Source: Candidatus Multivorans sp.
GTDB lineage: Bacteria; Acidobacteriota; Thermoanaerobaculia; Multivoradales; Multivoraceae
Length of the DNA: 64,000 nt
NCBI GenBank assembly: GCA_965224025.1
Contig: OZ245033.1
Coordinates: forward strand, 736,001-800,000
Direction: 5' to 3'
Part shown: piece after piece, positions 29,432 through 40,051 of the stretch
Numbering within the stretch: position 1 is the stretch's first letter
Layout: each line of letters opens with the position of its first letter
Position numbers and translations under genes: made by a program
Notes under the pieces: model-generated
Seen by the model: the letters and a program-made list of their open reading frames with translations, nothing else
Databases searched by the model: none
What the model was told of the DNA's origin: nothing

Positions 29432-30661
29432 ATGCGAAGGCGTGAGACGAAGCGGGCGGGGAGGGGGAGCGGGCTGCTGACGGCTCTCGCGGCCCTGGTC
29501 ATCGGCTGCGGAGCGGCATCGGACGGCGAGGGCAGCCGGCGACTGGCCCTTCCACTTCACGGTCGACGACGAGCGGGAACTCGTGTTCCTGCCTCTCGCT
29601 TCGCCGATTCCGTTCGCCTACGGCGGCGACCGGCCGGGCGCCAACCTGTTCGCCAACGCGGTGGTCGCGGTCGACATCCGGACCGGTGAGTACCGCTGGC
29701 ACTTCCAGACCATCAACCACGACATCTGGGACCACGATCCGCCGGCGCCGCCGGTGCTCTTCGATGTCGAGCGCGGCGGGGAGACGATCGACGCGTTCGC
29801 CGTGACGACGAAGTCCGGCTATCTCTTCATCCTGAACCGGGAGACGGGCGAAGCGGTGTTCGGCGTCGAGGAGGGGCCGATGCCGGCGAGCGAGGTCCCG
29901 GGGAACAGACCCACCCGACGCAGCCAATTCCGTCGACGACGCCGGCGCTGGGGCGGGTCCGCTACGAGTCGGGCGACCTGGTGACGGCCGACGACACGAG
30001 CGCCGAGCACGCGGAAGCCTGCGCGGAGCTCGTGGAGAGCAACGGTCCGCTCCACAACGAGGGGCCCTACACGCCTTGGCTCCACAAGGACGCTGGCGAG
30101 AGCGGTGCGACCCTGCTGTTCCCGGGGCTGGCGGGCGGGCCGAACTGGGGCGGCGTCGCCTTCGACCCGGCCAACCGGCTTCTGCTCGCCTTCAGCCAGG
30201 ACGTCGGCACGATGGCCTGGGTCGAAGAGCATCCGGAGGCGGACCCAGCTACTTACGTTCTGCGAGTGGCCCGTCCGTTCTCCTTTGCGGTCCGCATCGG
30301 CGACCAGTCCTGGCCGTGCCAGAAGCCGCCGTGGGGTCAGGTGACCGCGGTGGATGCCGAGACCGGCGAGGTCGCTTGGCAGCGCCCGGTCGGCGTCACC
30401 GCGGGATTGCCGCCCGAGAAGCAGGAGACGGGCCGACCAGGGCGCGCCTCGGCGATCGTCACGGCGGGCGGGCTTGCCTTCATCGCGGCCACGGATGACC
30501 GCCGGTTCCGAGCTCTCGACGCCGCTACCGGCGAAGAGTTGTGGTCGACGGAGTTGCCGCGTCGGGAGAACGCGAATCCGCTGACCTATCTGGGCGCGGA
30601 CGGCCGCCAGTACGTGGCGGTCGCGGCGGCGGAAGAAGTCGTCGCGTTCCGGCTGCCGTAG
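29432..30661 (+). pseudogene. Quinoprotein (PQQ) glucose dehydrogenase-like relic with frameshifts and an internal deletion
   Basis: Lipoprotein leader, then AGDWPFH joined directly to FTVDDERELVFLP; WHFQT.NHD.WD.D, GG.NWGG, KPPWG and NPLTY..DGRQYV motifs lie in three frames. Confidence 0.8.
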
Positions 30662-30679
30662 GCCGCGGGGCACCCCCGA

Positions 30680-30790
30680 AGCAAGGTGAGAGGTTTCGCC
30701 TCGCGCGATACCCCCGCCTCCGGCCGGCTTCTGAGCAAGCCGCGCGAGGCGTAGCCTCGCACCTTCTCCTCCGCGGCGTTCTCCTCCCGT
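30680..30790. repeat. REP-like repeat cluster (family A)
   Basis: 30680-30717 is a direct repeat (34/38) of 31924-31961; also contains CCTCCGGCCGGC and GCGAGGC-GTA-GCCTCGC. Confidence 0.75.
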
Positions 30791-30857
30791 TGGGCGTCGC
30801 CCCGGACTGGTACAGTTGCCACCTTCGTTTCCCAGCGCCCGCGCGGCCGCGACAGCG

Positions 30858-31913
30858 ATGTCTTCACACGACGAGAGCATGGGCCCCGAGGGCTACGACC
30901 AACCCGCCATCGAGGCCTGGATCGCCGAACACGTCAACGCCCTGCGACCACCGCTCCGGTGGACGCGGCTCGAGGGCGGCCACTCGAACCTGACCTACCG
31001 GCTCGACGACACAGAAGGCCGCGCGGCCGTCATCCGGCGTCCGCCGCAGGGCGTGCTGCTACCCAAGGCACACGACATGAGCCGGGAGTGGTCGTTGATC
31101 TCGGCGCTCGGGCCCACGCCTGTGCCGGTGCCGCCGGCGCTCGCGTTCTGCGAGAGCCCCGACGTAACCGGCGCCTGGTTCTACGTCATGGGCCTGGTCG
31201 ACGGGCATCCGCTCTACAGTTCCGCTCACACGGAGGAGTGGGTGCCCGAGGAGCGGCGCGTGAAGCTCGCGCATTCCTTCATCGACGTGCTCGCCGAGCT
31301 CCACGCCGTCGATCCGGATGAGGTCGGGCTGGGTGAACTCGGCAAGCGGGACAGCTACGTCGGCCGGCAACTGCGGACCTGGTACCGGTCCTGGACCGCG
31401 TCCGTGGAACCGGCGAACCTCGACGACCCGCGCGCGCACGAGCTGCAACGGTACTTTCTGGACCATCTGCCGGAGCAGGGGCCGGCGCGCGTCGTCCACG
31501 GCGACTACGGGCTGCACAACTGTCTCGTGGGACCGGACTCGACGATCGCCGCCGTCGTCGACTGGGAGATCTCGACCCTCGGCGATCCGCTGGCCGACCT
31601 CGCCTACGCGATGAACCAGTGGACGCCGGCGGTGGACACCATGCCGAGCGGCCGGGGCGGCGCCACCGCGGCGCCCGGCTTCCCGGCGCGGGAGGAGTTG
31701 CTGGAGCGCTACGCCGAGCGCACCGGCAGGAATATCTCGCACCTGGACTACTACGTGGGCTTCAACCGCTGGAAGTCGGCGGCGATCGTCCACGGCGTCT
31801 ACGCGCGCTACATGGAAGGCAAGAAGAGCACCGAGGGCGTCGACATGGACGAGATGCGCGAGCGCATCGTGAGGACCCTGGACCTGGCCGAAGAGGCGGT
31901 GAGCAGGCTGTAG
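30858..31913 (+). CDS. Aminoglycoside phosphotransferase-like kinase (ACAD10/11 N-terminal type)
   Basis: GGHSNLTY, RRPP..LPKAHDM.RE, VHGDYGLHN and VVDWE.STLGDPLADL motifs. Confidence 0.9.
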   Translation: MSSHDESMGPEGYDQPAIEAWIAEHVNALRPPLRWTRLEGGHSNLTYRLDDTEGRAAVIRRPPQGVLLPKAHDMSREWSLISALGPTPVPVPPALAFCESPDVTGAWFYVMGLVDGHPLYSSAHTEEWVPEERRVKLAHSFIDVLAELHAVDPDEVGLGELGKRDSYVGRQLRTWYRSWTASVEPANLDDPRAHELQRYFLDHLPEQGPARVVHGDYGLHNCLVGPDSTIAAVVDWEISTLGDPLADLAYAMNQWTPAVDTMPSGRGGATAAPGFPAREELLERYAERTGRNISHLDYYVGFNRWKSAAIVHGVYARYMEGKKSTEGVDMDEMRERIVRTLDLAEEAVSRL

Positions 31914-31923
31914 GCCGGCCCTG

Positions 31924-32016
31924 AGCAAGGAGCGAGGCTTCGCCTCGCGCGGTACCCCCGCGTTCCGCCGCTCCGCGTCGTCGCGCGGAGGCCGGCCGGA
32001 GGCCGGCGTATCCAGC
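31924..32016. repeat. REP-like repeat cluster (family A), uninterrupted IS110 target-like site
   Basis: GCGAGGC-TTC-GCCTCGC and GCCGGCC-GGA-GGCCGGC-GTATCCAGC. Confidence 0.8.
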
Positions 32017-32059
32017 AGGTGGCCTCGGTTTCGGCACCAGCGTTGCGCTGCCGCACCCC

Positions 32060-32642
32060 GGACGCGACGGCGTCCTCCTCGAACACGCCGCTCGCGGACC
32101 TGGAGGGCATCGTCACGCCGTCCGGCCTCCACTTCGAGCGGCACCACACCGGCGTGCCGGGGATCGACCCGGACGCCCACCGACTGACCATCCACGGCCT
32201 GGTCGACCGGCCGCTGGTGTTCTCGATGGACGACCTGGTCCGCCTGCCCTCGGTGTCCCGCTTCCACTTCGTCGAGTGCTCCGGCAACAGCGGCCGCGAG
32301 TGGTCGCCGGCCGGCGCGTCGAACGTGCAACTCAGCCACGGTCTCGTAAGCTGCAGCGAGTGGACCGGTGTTTCTGCTCGCGGATCTGTTGGCCGAAGTC
32401 GGGGTCAAGCCCGAGGCGAGCTGGGTCGTCGCCGAAGGCGCCGACGCGGGTCTGATGAGCCGTAGCGTGCCGATCCGGGCTCACTCACGAATGATGAGAT
32501 CTACGCCGTTGTCGCCCATCTGCTCAACCTGATGGGACTCGTCGGTGAGGACGCGGCGCTCGACCAGGAGAGCCTGCCCAAGGTCGAGATGCCCAACCGG
32601 GACGGCTTCGTCCCGGACGACCGGCCGGATACGGGCGGGTAA
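32060..32642 (+). pseudogene. Collapsed soxC/soxD-type sulfite dehydrogenase relic
   Basis: SoxC-like TPL..L.G..TPSGLHFERHH.G.P.IDP..H.L..HGLV..PL.F..ECSGN..S..EWTGV, joined at ~32475 to a SoxD-like C-terminus SLTNDEIYAVVAHLL..LP.VEMPNRDGF..D (stop 32640-32642). Confidence 0.8.
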
Positions 32643-32653
32643 GGACGACGGCG

Positions 32654-33577
32654 CTACCGCAGTTGCAGCAAGTCCTGCGGCCGTACCGGCGAGGCCCCGA
32701 TGGCCACATAGTCCTCGCCGACCGGACACACGAGTTGGCAGCTCTGGCAGCCGGTGTAGGCGCCCTGCCGCTGGACGGTCAGGTTGTAGAAGATCTGCTG
32801 CGTCACGGGGCTCCGGGCGATCTCGACCGCTTCGGCGGCGGACCTCGATGCGAACAGGTCGGCCAGATGTTCGACCATGCGGTCGGGGCCGAAGGGCTGA
32901 CAGGCCCGGGCGCAGGCCTCGGTGTCGAGTCCGCGGATCTCGGCCAGCGGCGCTCCGGCACGCGCCGAACCCGGAATCGCCCCAACGGGGCAGACCTCGG
33001 CGCAGCGGCCGCATTCCTCGGGCCCGGGGCAGAGTTCCTCGGCCAGCGGCTGCCCGCAGTCGACGGCGGCATCGGTCAGCACACCGGCGAGGAACACACG
33101 CGGACCGTACTCCGGAGTCAGGATCATCTCGTTGAGGCCGAGGGTGCCCAGGCCGCTGGCGGCCGCCGCCTGCCTCAGGAGCAGGGAGCCCTGGCCGCCC
33201 GGACCGGCGTAGGCCATCGGCTGACGCCTGAGGTCCGGGATCGTCGCCGAGAGCACGCAGGCGATCGCGTCCCGCTGTTCCAGCCAGTAGGCGAGTTCGC
33301 CCGCGGCCTCCTCGAGATGGCGCGCCACGCGGCCGTTCGCGTACTGGCGGAACGCCTGGTCGGGCGAGCAGGCGACGCCGGTGGGGTAGCGCCTGGCGAC
33401 GACGATCAGACGCGAGAGGTAGGTCGAGAGCTGCGACGGCTTGTCGTAGTCCGGCGCTTGCCTTTCCAGTTCCCGCCACGAGCAGAAACCGACCAGGTCG
33501 ATGCCGAGCGCTTTCGCCTGCGCTGCGATCGCTTCGGCGTCGAGGCTCGGGCCGGCGCCGTTGCCGTTGCCGCTCAC
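32654..33577 (-). CDS. QueG/reductive dehalogenase-like cobalamin, 2x[4Fe-4S] protein (paralogue 3)
   Basis: G.DLVG, AAAASGLGTLGLNEMILTPEYGPRVFL..VLTD, CPGPEECGRCAEVCP...C...CQSCQLVCP. Confidence 0.82.
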   Translation of the reverse strand: MSGNGNGAGPSLDAEAIAAQAKALGIDLVGFCSWRELERQAPDYDKPSQLSTYLSRLIVVARRYPTGVACSPDQAFRQYANGRVARHLEEAAGELAYWLEQRDAIACVLSATIPDLRRQPMAYAGPGGQGSLLLRQAAAASGLGTLGLNEMILTPEYGPRVFLAGVLTDAAVDCGQPLAEELCPGPEECGRCAEVCPVGAIPGSARAGAPLAEIRGLDTEACARACQPFGPDRMVEHLADLFASRSAAEAVEIARSPVTQQIFYNLTVQRQGAYTGCQSCQLVCPVGEDYVAIGASPVRPQDLLQLR

Positions 33578-33588
33578 GGAACCGCTCG

Positions 33589-34584
33589 TCAGCCGCCGAT
33601 GTGCACGAGGTGGTCGAAGTCGCGGTCGCGAATGTACTCCGGGTCGCGCTCGCTCGGCGGTCCGCGAAAGACGAGTTCGTGCTCCTCCTCGCCGCGGATG
33701 TGCTGCACGCTCCCCGGCGGCAGGTCCTTCTGCCGGTAGGGGATGCGCATGATCTTGCGGATGTCCTTCGACCCCACCGGGCAGATGTACATGCACTCGA
33801 AGCAGGCGGCGAAGGCGCCGCGCTTGCTGTTCGTGGCGAGGAAGAAGTCCCGCCAGTAGCGGTTGTCGAGCACCTGGGAGACGTCGAGGTCGACCTGGGC
33901 GTTCAGCAGCTTGCGCAGCACGACGTAGAGCGAGCGGATGCTGATGCGCATCGCCGCCTGCGAGCAGCCGCGCTGATCGAGATCGCGGATGTCGTTGACG
34001 CCTTCTTCGTTCGACGCCTTGAGCGGAATCGCCTTCGGCGGGCAGATCACCGCGCAGCGGCCGCAGCGGAGCCCCGGGCAGAGGTCGCTGTCGAGCGGCT
34101 GGTCCGGCTCGAGTTCCGCGTCGGTGATGAGCGCTCCCAGGTAGACGCGGGAGCCGTACTCCGGCGTCAGGAAGTTCAGGTTGAGCCCGACGTGGCCGAG
34201 TCCGGCGAACTCGGCCGTCCACTTGAGATCGAGCAGGCCGGCGCCGGTCCACTTCAGGTCGAGGTCGGCGTACTCACCCGAGACCGGCAGGGCGCAGTGG
34301 CCGCGGTCCTCCAGCCACTCGGCGATCTCGTAAGCGGTCTCCTCGGCCGAGTCGAGCGCCAGGTGCGAGTTCGTCGACTGGGTGGCGACGTCCTGGAGCG
34401 CCATCGCGCCCGTGAACAGGTGCTTGGTGACCACGACGATGCTCTTCATCCCCTCGCACAGGTAGTCCGGCACCTGCCCGCTCTGGGTGACAGCGGTGTA
34501 GGCCGCGACATCGGCGACGCCGACGGAATCGGCGCCGCGTTCGAATGCGAAACGGGCGAGTTCCTGCTTCAGGCTCCGGGTCAT
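33589..34584 (-). CDS. QueG/reductive dehalogenase-like cobalamin, 2x[4Fe-4S] protein (paralogue 2)
   Basis: GADSVGVA, AEFAGLGHVGLNLNFLTPEYGSRVYLGALITD, CPGLRCGRCAVICP...CFECMYICP. Confidence 0.82.
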   Translation of the reverse strand: MTRSLKQELARFAFERGADSVGVADVAAYTAVTQSGQVPDYLCEGMKSIVVVTKHLFTGAMALQDVATQSTNSHLALDSAEETAYEIAEWLEDRGHCALPVSGEYADLDLKWTGAGLLDLKWTAEFAGLGHVGLNLNFLTPEYGSRVYLGALITDAELEPDQPLDSDLCPGLRCGRCAVICPPKAIPLKASNEEGVNDIRDLDQRGCSQAAMRISIRSLYVVLRKLLNAQVDLDVSQVLDNRYWRDFFLATNSKRGAFAACFECMYICPVGSKDIRKIMRIPYRQKDLPPGSVQHIRGEEEHELVFRGPPSERDPEYIRDRDFDHLVHIGG

Positions 34585-35648
34585 CGGCGCTCCTGGTCCC
34601 AGGTCGTCCGGCGGCGGCTCTGCGGCCCCAGGTTCTCGATCTCGACGAACCCGTCCGCATGGCGCCGGGGCACCCTGTCGGGCAGATCGTGCCGGCGGTG
34701 GATCGACGCGCTCAGGCGCTCGTAGTCGCGGCCGACCGGGCACACCTGGACGCATTCGCTGCAGCCGGTGAGAGCGGCCTCCTTCATCATCGCCATCTCG
34801 GACCAGATCTCGCCGGACTTGCGGCCCCGCATTCGCTGCCACATCTCGTCGCCGGTCCGCGCCTCGAAGATCGCCGCCAGATGGTCGCTGAAGGCCTCGA
34901 AGCCGAAGGGCTGGCAACTGCGGGCGCAGGCCCGTTCGTCGAGCCCGCGGATCGCCGCGAGGCCGGCGCCCTGGGGCGCTCGCCTGGGAATCGCGTCCGA
35001 CGGGCAGATCGCGGCGCAGCGGCCGCATTCCTCGAGCCCGAGGCAGAGGTCCTCCGGGAGTTCGTCGCCCGGCTCGATCTCGGCCGAGGTCAGGACACCG
35101 GCGAAGAAGACCCGCGGGCCGTACTCCGGCGTCAGCACCATGCGATTGAGGCCGAGCGTGCCGAGTCCGGCCAGCACGGCGCCCTGGCGCAAGAGGGGCC
35201 AACCCTGGCCGGCAGGAAGGAGATCGCCGGGCGTCCTCCTGTCGAAGTCGAGCGACGCCGGCGACACGGGCAGCGCGAGAGCGCCACGGCGTTCGAGGTC
35301 GAACGCGATCCGTTCGGCGGCGAACTCCAGCGCCCGGAGGGTGCGGCCGCCGGCAAGCTGCTTGCTCGGCAGGTGCTTCGCCCACAGCACGCCGCGCAGC
35401 GTGCGCTTTCCGAGCACGATGAGAGTGCGGGACTCCGCGCTCAGCGTGGAGGGCCGGTGCCGCTCGTCGAGCCGCTGTTCGAGATGGGCCGCCGACGCGA
35501 AACCGATCAGGTCGATCGCCAAGTCCGCGGCCATCGACCGGACGGTGCTCTCGACTCTGTGCCGTCGTCGGCTTTCCACGGCGTCCAGCGAACCCTCGAT
35601 GACAGTGGTTGTCCTCTCGTTCAAGCGGTGGTCCTCAGTGTAGATCAT
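34581..35648 (-). CDS. QueG/reductive dehalogenase-like cobalamin, 2x[4Fe-4S] protein (paralogue 1)
   Basis: IDLIGFA, AVLAGLGTLGLNRMVLTPEYGPRVFF..VLT, CLGLEECGRCAAICP...CSECVQVCP; start could instead be GTG 35579. Confidence 0.82.
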   Translation of the reverse strand: MIYTEDHRLNERTTTVIEGSLDAVESRRRHRVESTVRSMAADLAIDLIGFASAAHLEQRLDERHRPSTLSAESRTLIVLGKRTLRGVLWAKHLPSKQLAGGRTLRALEFAAERIAFDLERRGALALPVSPASLDFDRRTPGDLLPAGQGWPLLRQGAVLAGLGTLGLNRMVLTPEYGPRVFFAGVLTSAEIEPGDELPEDLCLGLEECGRCAAICPSDAIPRRAPQGAGLAAIRGLDERACARSCQPFGFEAFSDHLAAIFEARTGDEMWQRMRGRKSGEIWSEMAMMKEAALTGCSECVQVCPVGRDYERLSASIHRRHDLPDRVPRRHADGFVEIENLGPQSRRRTTWDQERR

Positions 35649-35909
35649 GTCCTTGCAAGCGGGATTCCTCGCTGTTTTGGGTGTACAGTCCGTGAGTTTG
35701 GCTCCGCGCATGGGTGCGGGGCGGCGGAGGCTGGCCGGGAATACCCTTCCCGACCGCTGCCGTTGCGGACCTTGAGACTGGGATGTAAGCTGATACACGC
35801 CCTTGGGCCACTCTACGAATCGGTGCAGTGCACGCCCCCCATGTTCAACGGGATCATGGTGGCTCATGGAGTCTTCTATTCCGCCCCGGGGGATCTGAGG
35901 AGACGACGA

Positions 35910-36248
35910 ATGGCAGTGACAGGACAGGGCCACTGGACCCTGACGGTCCACGTCGAGTCGCATCGCGAAGATTCGACATGGGTAGCGACATGTCCGGCGC
36001 TTGATGTGGCGAGTCACGGACGGACGAAGAAGGAGTCCTACAAGATGCTTCGGGAAGCACTCGAAGGGTTCTTCGAAGACTGCTTGGCCCATGACACTCT
36101 CTGGACGGTGTTGGAGGAACGCGGCTTAGTACCGTCGCGCACTTCGGCGGTAGTCATGGAGCGCCCAGTTGCCAGCAAAGCGGAGTGGCTGAACATTCCC
36201 GTGTGGGTACTGCCGGATGCCCCCGCGCCCCAAACTTCCATCGGTTAG
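35910..36248 (+). CDS. hicB: HicB family antitoxin
   Basis: WVATCPALDVASHGRT.KE....LREALE fold signature; GAGGAG RBS. Confidence 0.82.
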   Translation: MAVTGQGHWTLTVHVESHREDSTWVATCPALDVASHGRTKKESYKMLREALEGFFEDCLAHDTLWTVLEERGLVPSRTSAVVMERPVASKAEWLNIPVWVLPDAPAPQTSIG

Positions 36249-36448
36249 CCCCAAGAAGGCGCTCCGGGCCCTCAAGAAGGCGGGATGGAAGGAGTCTCAC
36301 AAGAAGGGCTCGCACCAATACCTGCGGAAGGCGGGGTTGCAGCGCCCGTCTGCATCCGGATGCACACGGGCGACCTGCCTAGGGGCACACTGCACTCCAT
36401 CCTGAAGGCAGCGAAGATGTCACGGCAGGAGTTTCTGGACCTGCTTAG
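36217..36448 (+). pseudogene. hicA: HicA family mRNA interferase toxin, frameshifted
   Basis: PKLP.VS..KA.RAL.KAGW....KGSH in one frame and V.I.MH.GDLP.GTLHSILKAA.MS..EF..LL in another. Confidence 0.75.
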
Positions 36449-36475
36449 ACATCGGCGGGGTCCCCGCAGCGGCCA

Positions 36476-37980
<1,505 letters not shown>

Positions 37981-37984
<4 letters not shown>

Positions 37985-39837
37985 GGCCGGTACCAGATCG
38001 GCGACGACCAGGCGCGTTCCTGGATCGTCGACGGCAGGTCGGGCCGCGGTTCGACGCCGGCCCGGATCGCGTCCCAGGTCGACCAGCGGCAGGTCGGGTT
38101 CTCGAGCACCCGCAGGTAGTAGATCGCCCTCTGGCCGGGGTCGAACCTCGGATCCTTGAACACGGCGCGGATCTCGGCGGCGCCCAGGTCCTGCGAGATG
38201 CTGCAGTCGGAGAGGTCGACGGTGGCGCCGTTGTCGGGGCAGCGCGGCGGGTCGCCCGTGGGCGTGCCGCCGTCGGAGCAGGCGACGTCGATAACGGTTT
38301 CGTGCGCCTCGCCGCCGTCGACCCAGCCCTTGACGACCTGGAGCCGCTGCAAACCCGCGCTCTCCGGATCGCCGGCCGCCCAGAGCAACAGCTTCGGCGC
38401 GCGCTCGCCATCAGCCAGCAGGTCGCCGCCCATCGCCACGCCTTGCTCGTAGGCCTTGGCGATCATCTCCGGATCGTCGGCCAGGTCCGCGTCGAAGTCG
38501 TAGCCGCCGAAGAAGCGCACCTGGATCCTCGGACCCGTGGTGGCGAAGGTCTCCTTGCGACGGAAGGCGTCGTAGATCGAGTCCCGCGTGTTCTCCTCGG
38601 CCCAGGCGCCGGTCAGGCCGGAGGCGCCCCAGTTGTGGAAGTAGGTCTGGGCGTAGGCGGGGGAGCCGTCCTCGTTGGACTCGTCCAGCGGCACCGAGCC
38701 CCGAAGTTGCGGCGTGCCGTCCCGGTTGCCGACCTTGCTGTGAAAGTCGTCCTCGTCCGGCGTGCCGCCGGCGTTGTGTGTGTCGGTGGCGCCGGCGAGG
38801 CCGAAACGGAAAGGATTGAATCCCCGGGTTTCCTCGAGCAGCAACCCGTCGAGGTAGGCGGTGCGCACGTAGCTCCCCTTGGGCTCGCTGTAGAGCGTGG
38901 TGGCGATGCGGTGGGGCATGATCTCGAAGTCGGCCCACTCGTCGTTCGGCGACAGCAGCGGATGGACCTCGGACGTGCCCTTGACCTGGGTCACCTCGAC
39001 CAGCGGCTCGTTGCGCATCCGGGTCTCGACGTACTCGGCGTCGAGCGGATCGCCGCCGAACGTCATGAGGCTGAACATGTTGCCGTTGCTGCCGTTCGAG
39101 TTGTGGGGGATGGCGAACGCTTCCGTGCCGCCGGCGCGGAGCGTGTCGAGCCAGGCCCACAGGTCCTCGGGATTGTCCGAGTCCATCGCGGTGAACGGGA
39201 CCTCCGGCGCCTCGCTGCCGCGGAAGATCACGTTGCGGTGGAGGTTGCCCTGGTCGGCCGCGACGGTGGTGTACTCGTAGCCGATGAAGGTTGTGAAGGC
39301 GCCGGGGTCGTTGTTCCGTTCCGCGGACTCGACGATGCGCTGCCAGGCGGAGCGGTTCGCCTCGCTGCCGTCGATCTCGAGGAACTCGCCGCCGCGGTAG
39401 GCCCGCAGCCCGCGCTGGAAGCCCTCGGCGGGCCCCAGTTCGCGCAGCTCCCTGGCGAGCGGCACGTCGTACAGCGGGTCCTCCGGGTCGTCCATTGCCG
39501 GCAGGACGCCGAGCAGGATGCCGTGGTCGGTGACCGCCTGGAAGTCGAGAGGCCGCCGGAGCTGCATCGTGTGGCCGGCGGGGTGAACGAGCGGCTCGCC
39601 GCGGGCGAAGCGGTAGGCGTCGTCCGGCGTGGCCCTCACGTCGAAGATGTACGCGTCCATCGAGAAGCGGGTGTGGACGTGCAGGTCGCCGAAGTAGGCG
39701 TTGCGCAGGGGATTCGGCTGCGGCGCGGTCGCCTGGTCCGGCGCGTCCGGGCCGGCGCCGGCGTCATCGGGGCCGCGGCAGCCGGCGAGCAGGGCCGGGA
39801 TGACAACGGCGAGGGCTGAAAGGCGTGTCCATCTCAT
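37981..39837 (-). CDS. DUF3604 family lipoprotein (second paralogue)
   Basis: LAGC lipobox; FGDLHVHT..S.DA, DFQAVTDH, NLHRNVIFR, TDTH and ERAWSSPIWY motifs. Confidence 0.9.
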
Positions 39838-40051
39838 GGAGCGATCTCTCGAACGTGGTTGGGAGTAGAATCCTCAGTGTACGCCAACCAAGCCGGCGCT
39901 TCACGCCGGGTGCGCGAAGGATGCCCGCGTTTCGTCCGTGCGCCCGATGACGGGTACACGGAGTGGTTCGCGGGTGGCGCGGATCGCGCCACCGCGGTTC
40001 CCAGGATCGGAGTACGCTGACGCGCTACGTAGTCGAGAGCCACGAACGGAA

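Noticed and set aside
32654-35648. Assigning the gene symbol queG or rdhA
   Set aside because: Triplication, altered Cys spacing and the absence of a Tat leader or RdhB make either specific call unsupported
35650-35900. Cobalamin riboswitch upstream of the QueG-like operon
   Set aside because: Only a GGGAAGG-like word is present on the minus strand; the GCCACTG partner and B12-box elements are not visible
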